In this document: one piece after another, positions 25,400 through 38,644 of the stretch | Numbering within the stretch: the stretch's first letter is position 1 | Layout of the letters: the number at the start of each line of letters is the position of its first letter | Assembly (NCBI RefSeq): GCF_001194135.2 | Contig: NC_068987.1 | Span: 96,651,082-96,715,081, forward strand | DNA length: 64,000 bases | DNA from: Octopus bimaculoides | Taxonomy: Eukaryota | Direction: 5' to 3' | Program-made: the position numbers and the translations under genes | The notes under the pieces: generated by a model | Database searches by the model: none | What the model was told of the DNA's origin: nothing | Seen by the model: the letters and a program-made list of their open reading frames with translations, nothing else

Positions 25400-25830
25400 T
25401 GGGGTCATCATCATCATCATTGTACATCCGTTTTCCATGCTGGCATGGGTTGGACAGTTTGACTGAAGTCTGGAAAGCCAGCAGCTGCACCAGGCTCCAA
25501 TCTGATCCAGCAATGTTNNNNNNNNNNAAGCCAGCAGCTGCACCAGGCTCCAATCTGATCCAGCAATGTTTCTACAGCTGGATGCCCTTCCTAATGCCAC
25601 CCACTCTGAGAGTGTAGTGGTGTTCTTTTTACATGCCACCAGTACATGAGCCAGTCAGTCAGGCCTGGCATCGATCACGTTCTTATAGTGCTTTTTACGG
25701 CACGGGAGCTAGTCAGGGGGTACTGGCACTGGCTACGTTCGGATGGTATTTACATACCACCGGCATGGGAGCCAGTCAGGTGGCCCTGGCATTGATCACG
25801 TAGGTGGCCCTGACATCGATTGCGTCAATA
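25400..25830 (-). mobile_element. RTE 3'-tail family B repeat with internal ~60-bp subrepeats
   Basis: (ATC)n-ccgttttccatgctggcatgggttggac...ggatgcccttcctaatgcc followed by three to four gccagt/ctggca units. Confidence 0.8.
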
Positions 25831-26194
25831 TAATCAATTTATCTCCTCCTCCAAATTTCAGGCCTTGTGCCTATAGTAGAAAGGAATATTAGTCATTGTA
25901 TTCAAACTTATTACATCCTGAGCTCAAATCCTGCAGAGGTTAACTTTGCTTTTTATCCTTTCACAGTCAATAAAATAAAGTATCAGTTAAGTGTTGGGGC
26001 TAATGAAAATGACTTGCCCCTTCCCCTTGAAATTGCTGGCCATGTGCCAAAATTAGAGAGAATTATTATTAGTCTTTGAACATATTTCACTGGGCAAATA
26101 TTGATGATCTTGCTTGGAAACAAGTAAGGTTTGGTAACATGAAGAGCATCCAACCAAGGAAAATCTCTCCCAAGCATAAGAATGATGATGATGA

Positions 26195-26238
<44 letters not shown>

Positions 26239-27339
26239 TACATATGTAGGTGTGTGTGTGAGAGAGAGAGAGACAAAGTGTATTTATACGTACATGCACA
26301 CACACACACATATATAAACTTGTCTTCATCATTGAATATTTCAGCTTTGGCAAGCTTCACTCATGATTCTTTTCCATACCTTCATAGCTTATACAAGAAA
26401 CTCATTAATCACTTATGTTAGTGGTGGTGGTGGCGGCAGAGACAGCAGTGATGGTGGTGGTGGCAGTGGTGGTGGTGGCGGTGGTGTTTGCAGTAAAGTA
26501 CTAAATCTATTTCTGTAAATCTGAATTCATGTGTGTTTGGTGTGGATGTGTGCATACAAGTGCATACATGTTTAAAAGTGTATGTGTGCCTGTGCACATG
26601 AGTGTCAAATACTGACTGAAAGAAATGGTTTTCATGGTAATTTGTACAAATAAGTAAAAGATGGCAGGATATGAAACGTTGTTTAACTCAAGCTTATATT
26701 CTGTTGAATTCTAAGGCAAAATTGTTAGGCAACAAAAAACATTTATGCTTTTCGATTACTTCATTTCTCAATATCTACCTTAACTTGCCTTATTTTTGAT
26801 TCTTTACTCTAAGTTAATTAATCATTACTCTTCAGTTCAGACATTTATTTATCACAAAACATTAAGGTAGCACGTGTAACAAGGATGGGTTCACAATAAA
26901 TATTTGAAAACTAATATTTGCAAAGAACATTGACCTAGAATTCTTAAAGGAAGATACTTGCTCCCGCCCTTATGTTATATATTTTGCTTAAATTTCTTTT
27001 TTGGTATTTTTCATTCTCAGACTTCTTAAGTTTCATCATTGCATAATTTAGAATCTGGGGCAATTGTGAGAAAGAAAAAAAAAGTGAAGAAGTTAAAGTT
27101 GGAGTGTTAGTGGGGATGGGATGAGGTGGGCAGGTAAATTCAAATATTAGTGCTATTTCCAAATGTATATGTATATTAGGATTAAACAATTTATTGGGTT
27201 GGGTCTAGAATTCAATAGTTTACTACCTAGAACCTTCAAGGTTTAAGTGACATATTTTGAAAATAACAAAGACACATCTCATAGATGTGTGTGTGTGTGT
27301 GTGCATGTATACATACATTTGCAACCCATAGGAAGCTGG

Positions 27340-28075
27340 AGTGCTCCACTTAAACAGAAGTTTGGAGGAGAACTGGGCATCATACCAGCAAAAAGCAATG
27401 CATGGGTACATATCCCATAAGCTAGAGGACAACAACAGTATTGACAGGAAGAATAGCCTCTCCTAGACCTGTGATAGATACATTATATCCCACCTATCCT
27501 GAAACAGGAGATAGCTACTAAATACCTTACAAATGAGAGAGACAAAGATACCACTAAACCTCCATGTTGTGATAAAAAATGTTGGTTCTGTTATGCCAGT
27601 GTGGAAGATATCGCTCCGCATCATCATCAGCTGTCCCATAATGTCCATGAGGTACTACCTGCCCCTGAGGCATGGTATAGTTGCAAAGACTATTTACAAG
27701 GCTATTCACAGGAAAGATTTGCCCTGATGTATACATCAAAGTTATGTGAGAACTAGTATGTATACACACCTTAAAAGCAAGGAGTATTGGTGGAATACTC
27801 CAATAGAAGCAGCAATTTAGTGCAAACATAACAGAATTGATATTGTTTTGTGGGACAGGGAGCAAAAGTCATGCACTGTTGTAGTGGTTAGCGACTCAGT
27901 GGATGTGATTGTACCAGGAAAAAGAGAACATGTATGGTGACTTAATGCAGAACTTACAACTCTTGGACCCTGACTTTAAATTCTTATTTGTACCTATTAT
28001 TATAGGTGCATTAGGCTATGTACCTACAAATTTATACAAAAACCTAGAAGAGCACAAAGCCAGGAGAAATATTGC
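27340..28075 (+). mobile_element. RLE-type non-LTR retrotransposon remnant (R4/NeSL/HERO-like): CCHC knuckle and restriction-like endonuclease
   Basis: CDKKCWFCYASVEDIA-HIISCP (frameshifted), RYYLPLRHGIVAK, KHNRIDIVLWDREQKSCTVV, EKENMYGDLMQNLQLL..FVPIIIGALGYVP. Confidence 0.85.
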
Positions 28076-28853
28076 TAGCATTTTGTCCAGCACAGTAACG
28101 ATTCTGTCAGCTCACCATCTTGTGTTTTTCTACTAATAAAACATTGTGATATAAATACAAAACAGCAAAACTGCAAAATGATTAATTTAAATATAATGAA
28201 ATTGTATGACATTGAACTAAAAGAATACTTTCTGGTCCTTGTTCAAGATCACTGTGTACTGAGTTCAAATCTCACCAAGGGCAACCTTACCTTATATCAT
28301 TTTAGGACTAATAAATAAAGTAACAATCCAGAGTGTGGGGGTCAGCAGGATTGTTTGAGTGCTAAATGAGATGCCTTACAGTTTTTTGTGATCTATATCT
28401 TTGTTATGAGTTCAAATTCTGCCTTCTATCACAGACTGCCTTGTGGCAGGAAACAGAGCCTTTGATGTCCAGCTAACACTGGTAGGCCTCCAACATCAAA
28501 CAGAATAAAGAGTTGATTGGAATGACATATCAGTTGCATCAATGCAAAAAACATGAAGCTGCTGAGGTAACAGGGTAGATTAATGCTGGGACCAAGAAAT
28601 TAAATAATAAATTATAATGAAATTAAATAGTGCAATGCTGCATAGTTTCTGTGATACAACATTATGAATTTAATAATACTGTTAATTCTTTCTGACTTTG
28701 GTACAAGGCCAGCAATTTTGAGGGTAGGCAGCAAGTCAATTGCAATAACCCTGAAAGGATGAAGAGTGAAGTTGATGTTGGCAGGATGAAACATAAAAAG
28801 CCAGAAGAAACGCTGTTATACATTTTGGCTGATGTACTAATGACTCTGTCAGC

Positions 28854-28855
<2 letters not shown>

Positions 28856-28904
<49 letters not shown>
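28856..28904. repeat. (AAT)n microsatellite
   Basis: Direct reading; further tracts at about 29116-29172 and 29331-29376. Confidence 0.98.
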
Positions 28905-28906
<2 letters not shown>

Positions 28907-29116
28907 CCTTTCTATTATAGGCACAAGGCCTGAAATTTGGGGAAGGGGATAGTTGATTACATAGACTCCAGTACTCGACTGCTACTTATTTTATCGACCC
29001 TGAAAGGATGAAAGGCAAAGTCAACCTCGGCAGAATTTGAACTCAGAATGTAAAGACAGATGAAATGCCACTTAGCATTTTGCCCAGCATGTTAATGATT
29101 CTGCCAGCTCACAGCC
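28905..29116 (-). mobile_element. tRNA-head SINE family C (core ttcatcctttcggggtcgataaaataagtac)
   Basis: The minus strand gives gctggcagaatc A-box-like and gagttcaaattc B-box-like head plus core and an (ATT)n tail. Other copies at about 25822-26072, 29591-29808, 30882-31090, 56055-56215, 58540-58900 and 62690-62870. Confidence 0.85.
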
Positions 29117-29142
29117 TCAACAACAACAACAACAACAATAAC

Positions 29143-29174
<32 letters not shown>

Positions 29175-29189
29175 TAATATAGAAAGGAT

Positions 29190-29317
29190 TGAGGTAACAC
29201 CTCCTGAAGATATAGAGTCAAAATTAAAAGAAGATTGTTATCTAGTGAACGATATTTTGACATCTTGTGTCTTCAACTGGTTCAAAAAATAAATTTGTCA
29301 ATCTACTTCATCTTGGT
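29190..29317 (+). other. 128-bp insert between 15-bp direct repeats, with ORF end and AATAAA
   Basis: taatatagaaaggat at 29175-29189 and 29318-29332. The insert reads EVTPPEDIESKLKEDCYLVNDILTSCVFNWFKK*. Confidence 0.55.
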
Positions 29318-29330
29318 TAATATAGAAAGG

Positions 29331-29371
<41 letters not shown>

Positions 29372-29377
<6 letters not shown>

Positions 29378-29590
29378 GACAAATGGTTGATTGAGATTGG
29401 AATAGAATGCCCTGTAGAGCTTCTACAGAAAGTTTGCCTCTTGGGGACAGGAAAAATTACCAGGAGGGTTCTAAGCACTTGAAAGACTATTGAAAACTTG
29501 TGGATACCTAAGGTTGCAAGTAATAACCCGCTACCCACATAAATTCTACAAGGAATCACAATGAACTTGAGTCAAACCAATGATAATAAT
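29372..29590 (+). mobile_element. 3' end of an R4/Dong-like RLE retrotransposon within (AAT)n
   Basis: Translates KWLIEIGIECPVELLQKVCLLGTGKITRRVLST*, then a 3' UTR ending aatgataataat. Confidence 0.8.
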
Positions 29591-30282
29591 TATCCATTCT
29601 ATTATAGGTAAAGGGCCTGAAATTTTAGGAGAGGGTTTGGTTGATGTAATCAACCAGAGCGCTTAACTGGTACTTATTTTATTGCCCCCTGAAAGAATGA
29701 AAGGAAATATCAACCCTGGTGGAATTTGAACTCACAGTGTAAAGATGGACGAAATGCTGATGAGCATTTTGTCCAGCATGTTAATGATTCTGCCAGTTTG
29801 CCACCTTAATAATAACAATAATAATATAGTACAACCACAAAAGGTCACAGAGAATGACAAAATGACCATACTTTGAGACATGGTAAAATATTGAGGAAAG
29901 GGAGATTAAGTTAATTCAACCAAATTTTATCATCAAAGACCACCAGGCAAATTTCAAAACAATGATACCAAAATAGCAATGAAACAGAAGTACAAAGTTA
30001 GTGTGCTATACTTTTTGCTTTTATTCTTTTACTTGTTTCAGTCATTTGACTGCCGCCATGCTCCAAAGCACCACCTTAAAGCATTTTAGTCGAACAAATT
30101 AACCCCATGACTTATTCTTTGTAAGCTTAGTACTTATTCTATCAGTCTCTTTTGCCAAACCACTAAGTTACGGGAACATAAACACACCAGCATTANNNNN
30201 NNNNNNNNNNNNNNNNNNNNNNNNNNNNNNNNNNNNNNNNNNNNNNNNNNNNNNNNNNNNNNNNNNNNNNNNNNNNNNNNNN

Positions 30283-30314
<32 letters not shown>

Positions 30315-32054
30315 ATATATATATACAACACACACACATATATATGACAAGCTTCTTTCAGTTTCCATCTACCAAATTCACTCATAAGGCTTTGGTCGGC
30401 CCCAGGCTATAGTAGAAGACACATGCCCAAGGTGCCACATAGTGCGACTGAACCTAGAACCATATGGTTGGGAAGCAAGCTTTCTACCGCATAGCCACAC
30501 CTGCACCTATCCTATGGGGAAAAAGTATGTGTGTTATTGAATGAACACAGCTTGTCATAATGTGTAAAATAATCTTTTATGGTGTAATTTCACTAACTTT
30601 GTATTTTGTTTCATTTTTTTTTTTTTTAACTCTATAGAAAAACAATCTGAGTATTAAGACATGAAAACTGAGATAATCATTTAAAACACAAACAATCCCT
30701 ATAATAAAAGTTACCTAAGCAAAATTGAGGAAAAGATACAAATACATTACTAAAATCTTTGTATTGATACACACACAAAGTTATCTTAAGGTAGATGATA
30801 TAGGTGTTGCAGTACCAAGGCCCAGGAGGACAATGGATCCATGACTAATATAATTCATTATATTTCAATGCAAGAGAGCAGTGAGGTGGCAGAATCATTA
30901 GCACACTAGGCAAAGTACTTAACAGCATTTCTCCTAGCTTTATGTTTTAAGTTCAAATTCTGCCAAGGTCTACTTTGCCTTTCATTTTTGCAGGGTTGAT
31001 AAAATAAGTACCAGTTAAGCACTGGGGTGGATATAATCAATTCAACTCCCTTCTTTCTGATTTCAGGCCTTGTGCCTATAGTAGAGAGAATTATTTTTCA
31101 ATGTAAGTGGATTCTCCACTTCTTTGGTGCAGCATCAGTATCCATCAGCACCTAAAGATGGCCTTGCTCACACATGGTACATAAAACAGCACTTGAGACA
31201 CAGGACACAGAGTACATAGAGGTCTTGCAGTACAATAGAAAATTCAAAATACAAAGCAGACGGCTGCATGTATCCAAGATACACAAATCTATACTCAGTC
31301 ATGTAGGAAAACAATGAAAATAAAACTACAAAAAATTTTTTTAACCCAATTCAATACTTCTAAAAACCTTACTAATTAAATAATTTCTCTGAGTTGTGTT
31401 TGTTTTATAATTCTATATCACCTAAAAAATTTTGGCTTTGTTTTTACTTAGTAAACTAAACTTGATATTATTTTTTGTTTGTTATTCCCCCCCCCACACA
31501 CACAAACATAACAGAGAAGAGAGTAGATTTTCTAGAACTCATATATTTATACAAAAAATATGAAAAAGAAAAATTCTAAAATATTTTATTTTACTTACAT
31601 TTTGTGACAATTTTACAAGATACATGATTTCAGTCTTATTTCAGCACTAACAGACATTTTGAATATTTATTTGATAATGAGGTGATGTGGAAACGAAATG
31701 TAAAATACGGATGGTTGTAGTGACAATAAATTGATACTTGTGACTTTACACTTTTTTTTGGCAACATATGTCAGTACACACACACACACGCACACACACG
31801 TACACACACACACATTAGGAATATATATCCTTACATCTCTTGTCCTACTTCAATGCATAAACTTTCTTATAAAGATATGCATCGGCTGTAATCACATACA
31901 GCATACATGTGGGTTATTTTTTACTAGGGATGTTAAGGTTTTTCTTCTATTTTATTTTTTTATGCAAGCAGCAGGGCGTATGTATCTGTATCTATATATG
32001 TATGCCTGTGCTCTTGTATGTTTGACTGTGTGCATGTTTATATATATATATATA

Positions 32055-32335
32055 TATCATCATCATCGTCGTTTAACGTCCGCTTTCCATGCTAGCATGG
32101 GTTGGACGATTTGACTGAGGACTGGTGAAACCGGATGGCAACACCAGGCTCCAATCTAATTTGGCAGAGTTTCTACAGCTGGATGCCCTTCCTAACGCCA
32201 ACCACTCAGAGAGTGTAGTGGGTGCTTTTACGTGTCACCCGCACGAAAACGGCCACGCTCGAAATGGTGTCTTTTATGTGCCNNNNNNNNNNAATCCTAC
32301 GGGAGCCAGTCAGGCGGTACTGGCAACGGCCACGA
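32055..32335 (-). mobile_element. Young RTE 3'-tail family B copy
   Basis: CpG-intact; nearly identical to 34551-34705. Confidence 0.9.
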
Positions 32336-32496
32336 CATACATACACACACACATTTATATATATATATGTGTGTATAAATGTGTGTGTGTGTGTGTATAC
32401 ACACACAGATATTTCCTATATAAGTTAAATTTTTTTCTTTGTAGATTTTAAGCATGTCACTAGCACAATGGCAAGGTTCTTTTGTCTAAATTATTT

Positions 32497-32685
32497 TCTA
32501 CTCTAGGCACAAGGCCCAAAATTTTGGGGGAGGGTACCAGTCGATTAGATCAACCCCAGTACGCAACTGGTACTTAATTTATCGACCCCGAAAAGACGAA
32601 AGGCAAAGTCAACCTCGGTAGAATTTGAACTCAGAATGTAAAGACAGACGAAATACTGCGAAGCATTTCGCCCGGTGTGCTAACT
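32497..32685 (-). mobile_element. Young SINE family C copy
   Basis: CpG-intact match to the family C consensus. Confidence 0.9.
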
Positions 32686-32879
32686 TTCTTTTGTCTAAAC
32701 GAGCACAATTTTTGGGGTTTATGAATATGGGAATTGGTTGGTATGTGCATATATGTATCAGTGCATGTGTGTGTATGTGTTTATTGTGTGCACATGCACG
32801 TATGTGTGTGGATAAAGTTACACTCATGTACCAGGTGTGCATGTCACATTAGTACTTATGCATGCTTCATTACTTCATG

Positions 32880-32935
<56 letters not shown>

Positions 32936-35460
32936 TGTGTGCCTGTTTAGAATGGTGCTTCTCCAAAAATTGTAAGCTATAAGCAGTGCCATTGCTATTT
33001 TTCCTATAAACAAATTGAAGATATGTGAAACGTGAGATCCCTTATTTGAAAAACAGGTAATGGCTAGTATCAGCTGCAAAACTATCTTCATAACACATTC
33101 ATCTAATCCATGCTAGCATGGAGAAATGGATGTAAAATGAAACAAACAAATTTGTATATATGAGAAATGACTTCCCTTTTAGACATCATGTCTTAAAAGC
33201 ACAACTGTCTTCTGATTTAATCCTTTTTTATAAAAGCTTTTGCATATCTCCTTATAAGGTCCTTGTAGTTTATTTGGGACAATACATTTTTCAATTTCAT
33301 CTTTATTGACATTTCAGGACAATCTCAGCATCATCATCAGGATGTGAAGTTGTGTTGACTTTTTTATTGTAGAGTTTACTACAAGCATTTGACTGTAAGA
33401 GTTCAACATCATGAAACATGTATCTTGGCCATCATTTACATGTCTTCAATCATATGCTTACCTTCTCTGTGACAAGTGTATGCTATCATCATGTGTTCTA
33501 GATTTATGTTGTGATATGAATATCACTTCCATAATTAATCAACTGTTTTTGTAGGGTAGTCTGTTATAGTATAGGTGTATAATGATCATTGCATTATTTT
33601 AATGCCTGCTTTTTCGCACTTACATCAGTCAGACAGAATTTATTGGAGTGGATTTTCAACAGCCAGATGCCCGTCCTGTCACCAACCCATACCCATTTCC
33701 AAGCAACGAACTAATTTCCCATGGTCAGACGTTTTTCACAGAATATTGAAAGTGAAGGACATTTATTTATCACAATTCCACAATAAGGACACACACACAC
33801 ATGCATGCATGCATGCACACACACACACACATGACAGGCTTCTTTCAGTTTCTGTTCATCAAATCCACTTACAGGCTTTTTTCAGTTTCCATTTACCAAA
33901 TCCACTCACAGGGCTCTGGCCACCCTGAGGCTATAGTAAAAGTCACTTGCCCAAGGTGCCATGCAGTAGGACTGAACCCAGAACCGTGTGGTTGGGAAGC
34001 AAGCTAACTTTGCAACTTAGCAAAAGAGACTAATAGAATAAGTACCAGTCTTAGAAAATAAGCACTGGGGTGAATTTGCTTGAGTTAACCTTTCAAGACA
34101 GTGCCACAGCTTGACCTCTGTCCTGTGACTGAAACAAGTAAAATATAAAAGATAGCAATGATGAACAATAGCATAGTTACATATTTCCAATGGGCTGGTC
34201 ACTGAATCCAGCAAGCCTATTACGAAGGACATTCCAGCTATGAACCTCCTGTCTTTCTGTTCTCGAAGATAGTATGTCTAGGATTACATTATCCAAGAGT
34301 GTCAGTTTCTTAAGACAGTAGGATGTGTGTGTGTGTGATATGAGAGAGATTTGGTAGCTTTGAGTGTGTGTGTGTGTGTGTGTGCACATGTGTGAATGTG
34401 TATGTGGGTGTGAAAAGTTTTGAAAATAATTAGTGAAATGATTAAATATATAATCCACAGCTTATGTTTAATGAACTAAAGCAGCAGATCCCTCATTAAT
34501 GAAACAGATATCTATGAGTGTGGGCATGTATGTGTGTATGTTTATCATCATCATCATCGTTTAACGTCCGCTTTCCATGCTAGCATGGGTTGGACGACTT
34601 GACTGAGGACTGGTGAAACCGGATGGCAACACCAGGCTCCAATCTAAATTTGGCAGAGTTTCTACAGCTGGATGCTCTTCCTAACGCCAACCACTCAGAG
34701 AGTGTCCATATATATATATATAAATGTATGTATAAATGTATGTGTGCATGTCTGTGTATATAGGTGCATAAATTTCTATGTGCATGTTTCTATATGTATG
34801 TGTTGTGTGCAAATATTTGTGGGCTTGAATGCTTGTTTCTTTGTATGCACTTATGCACATAGGTGAGATTATGTATCGGTGTATGTAAATGTTTTCAGAA
34901 TGAATGTGGTGTGTGTGTGTATAGATTGATGGATAGATCAAGAAACCTATAGATGTTTGTGCGTGTTTGTGTGTTTGTGTGAGTGTGTGTGTGTATGTGT
35001 GTGTGTGTGTAGATTGATAGATAAATCAAGAAATCTATAAATGTTTGTGTGTGTGTATTTGTATATGTGTATGCATGTATAAATTGACATGTGAATATTT
35101 ATAGGCATGAGACCTTAAGCAAGACATTAATCAACATCTGATGTTGAGGCTCCTGTCCATTAGTTCAGGAGTATAGAGTTACCCCAAAGTCAACACTACA
35201 CCCAGGTGTGCTCTGACCTGGGGTGGTTGTGCCCATCAGAGGCAATCACTCCCCCCATCCACCCATCCAATTATGGGTCAAACAGTAGAAGATAGACTTG
35301 TGTCTAAAGTATACAGGACTAAGAGGAGAGTCAGCTCCAAGATCATCTGATCTTAGGTTCAATCCCATTGTGTGGCACCTTGGGCAAGGGTCTTCTACTT
35401 TAGCCTCAGGCTGATCAAAGCCTTGTGAGTGGTTTAGTGAAAAGAAACTGAAAAAAAACA

Positions 35461-36342
35461 TCGACCGCGACTACGATCTCACATGGCTTGCTGGGTCTTC
35501 TCAAGCACAGCCTATCTCCAAAGGTCTCAGTCGCTTGTCATTGCCTCTGTGAGGCCCAACGTTCGAAGGTTGTGCTTCAGCACCTCATCCCATGTCTTCC
35601 TGTGTCTACCTCTTCCACAGGTTCTCTTCACTGTTAGGGTGTGACACTTCTTCACACATCTGTCATCATCTATATGCATCACATGACCATACCAGTGCAG
35701 TCGTCTCTCTCTTGCACACCATATCTGATGCTTCTTATGTCCAACTTTTCTCTCAAGGTGCTTACACTCATGTATGCACACTGACATTACACATCCAGTA
35801 GAGCATACTAGCTTCATTTCTTTCAAGCCCACGCATGTCAGAGCCCATGTTTCACTGACGTATAGCATGGCTGTTTGCATACATGCATCATACAGCCTAC
35901 ATTTCACTCTGAGGAAGAGGCCTCTTGTTACCAGCAAAAGTAGGAGCTCTCTGAAATTTGTCCAGGCTTTTCTTATTCTAGCAGCTGCATTCACAGAGCG
36001 TCCACTCCAACTATGGACTTTGTCACATAAGTAACGGAAGATATCAACTACTTCTAATTTTTTCTCCCTGGCATGTCATGGAATCTGTTTTCTGTACACC
36101 TTTGGTGTTTATTGCCCCTGTGCATCTGCCACATCCAAAAACTATCTTCCCAGTTAACCTTCCTTTGATACTGTTGCACCTCTTATATGTCCATAGCTTA
36201 GATCAGGTACATCTTAGTGGAGTTTCTACCTACGCCTTTTCTACAGATTGAGCAGGGTTGTCTACCTGAAGGGATTTGTGATTTGTCTGCCTTCCTACTT
36301 ACTAAGACTTTGGTTTTTGCTAGATTGACTCTAAAGCCCTGT
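35461..36342 (-). mobile_element. 5'-truncated RTE LINE (RT C-terminus with PHD-like finger)
   Basis: GFRVNLAKTKVLVS..GRQPCSICRKGVGRNS; AARIRKAWTNFRELL..RLYDAC..MLYVSETW; RRLHWYGHV..GRGRHRKTW. Confidence 0.9.
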
Positions 36343-36577
36343 ATATATATATATATAATAGAGAGAGAGAGAGAGAAACACATACATATGCTCCATACAC
36401 AGAAAACTGCAGTTTTCTGTGGGATTACACGTAGCGCATGTAGGTAATTGAGGAATGATACGATTTTCTCGCTTGTCTATATGAATACAGAAATGCTGTT
36501 CTTGGATAATCATTTTGATGTCGCCTGATCGAATTAATTATTCTTTTATTAGCATTCTCGGATTTATAATTTTGAAA

Positions 36578-36655
36578 AATTGTGCTGATGAAGGATATAT
36601 GTTTGAGTAAATATATTTTTACACCTCACTAATCAAGAAATGTGCATCCACAATT
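36578..36655 (+). ncRNA. Type I hammerhead-like motif with irregular stem II
   Basis: 7-bp stem I AATTGTG/CACAATT, CTGATGA at 36585-36591, GAAA at 36637-36640, short stem III and ATC triplet at 36646-36648. Confidence 0.45.
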
Positions 36656-36824
36656 AATCAAGGTCGGGTAGATTCGTTATTTCTTCCTTTTTTGCCTTTG
36701 TAGTTTGCAAGTATTACTGTTTTTGGGAGTCCTATTTTAGTAGAGAAATAGTAGTTTTGGCTACTATTTCTAATTTTCGGTGTGTGGTGAAGCAATACTT
36801 GCTGAACCCTAAATTTTAAATTGT

Positions 36825-36827
<3 letters not shown>

Positions 36828-36904
<77 letters not shown>
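36828..36904. repeat. (TA)n microsatellite
   Basis: Direct reading. Confidence 0.98.
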
Positions 36905-36906
<2 letters not shown>

Positions 36907-37864
36907 AATGAAATGAAATGTTATTAGTGCTAAGATATAATAATGAACCACCAACATGAAAAGCCAGCTTGATTCTATATTTAGAGTAATTAAGGTAACA
37001 TGTGGCATTAATACAAAGGCAAATATATCATTACAAAATGGATCTCTCGGATCAATAATTTACTTTTATATAAATAAAAAATAATAGCGATTCCACTTTG
37101 CTCCACTTTATAGACCCTAGAGTAATTGTTGTTTCTTTGTACCCTAAAATGTACTTTTTCTTTCCACTTTTATAATTTATTTTACCGTGCAAACACTTAC
37201 TAAAAGAAAAGTTTTTTTGAGCTTGTTTAACTTGTTATAAACACCAGTTTCTTGGAAAACATTGTACCCTAAATATCTCATCATAACCAGAGTAATTAAA
37301 CATGGAAAACAACAACAACAGCAATAACAAAACAACACCAACACCACCATCACCACCACTGCAACTACCACCACCACCACCATCATCATAATCATTATCA
37401 TTTGACATCTGTGTTCTATGATGGTATAAGTTGGATGGTTTGATAATTGTATCACACTTTCATGTCTGCATTGGCATGGAGTCAATGACCAGATGCACTT
37501 CCTAATGCCAACCACAAGAATATCAGATGTGTTTTGGCTCCCTTGAGCCTTGTAAATGGCATGTACTTGCTAGTCACATGCCGAGACAAAACCTTTCTCT
37601 TCTGACATATAGGAAATAATAAATAATACATTCAATGATATTGCAGAAAGTTACATGCAATTGAAACAGCACTAAATTAAAATAGCCACCTATGTATCAT
37701 ACTTAATATATATATATATATATATATACACTGTTTTTTTATTAGAATCTACCATGTTGATGATGCTGATGTGCCTGAAAGAGAAATTAGAAAGTTAAAT
37801 TTTGGTGCATTGCATTGGCTTCCAATTATGGCATGCAAAAGTTGTATTCAAAATATATGATACT

Positions 37865-37909
<45 letters not shown>

Positions 37910-37922
37910 CATATATATATAT

Positions 37923-38644
37923 CAGTGGTGACTCTGGCATTTGGGCTGTTTGGAGTTAGCTTGAGCTAAAGTGAACATGTATTTGCAAGTTGATTTAATT
38001 TCTGTCAACACTGACTTTAAGTGTGTAATTGCAGCCAATAACTTGACCTCCTATTATTGAGCCTGGTCACAGTTCATTTATTTTCATTTAGCACCTAGCG
38101 GTCATCCTAGAGGTGCCCTGTGTCGAAAAATATCATTCATAGCAGACGTTCCCTCAACATTGGTCACACATGCCTGACTCAGGCTCAGCAGTTACAGCCC
38201 GAGTTGCTATCTATAATCATAAAAATTATAAGGAATTCAAATTCAGTGTTTTCTTGAAGCAATAAATTTCTATAGAGATTACAATTTAAATTCCAATCTA
38301 TGAAAAGTTTCCGTTCTACAATATTCTTAAAGGAAGGAAAAATTATCCAGTACTTGGGCTAATACGAACGAGCCTGGTGGATATAAAAGACTAACTGGCA
38401 TCTCTTGTTCAGAGTACAGGTGACAGTCAGATTGCTGATATTTGTTCTGCACCCCGCTATCATTATTTGATTGCTGTTATTCTGTGCGTCTGTGTGTAAA
38501 GATCAGTTGTGTTCTGCAGGGCTGCTTTATTTTTACCCTTAACTTAGAAATGGAAAAAAGACATAGTGCTAAATATAAAAAAATAAGCCAGTTGGGGCTA
38601 GAAATAAAGCGGGAAACTGTGAAATTCTTTGAGCAGACATGTGT

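Noticed and set aside
25476-25570. Perfect 43-bp duplication around a 10-N gap
   Set aside because: Typical overlapping contig ends; treated as an assembly artefact.
26053-26421. ORFs rich in YI/HT/CV/MMM/III runs here and throughout the window
   Set aside because: Translations of (TA)n, (CA)n, (GAT)n and (AAT)n microsatellites and SINEs.
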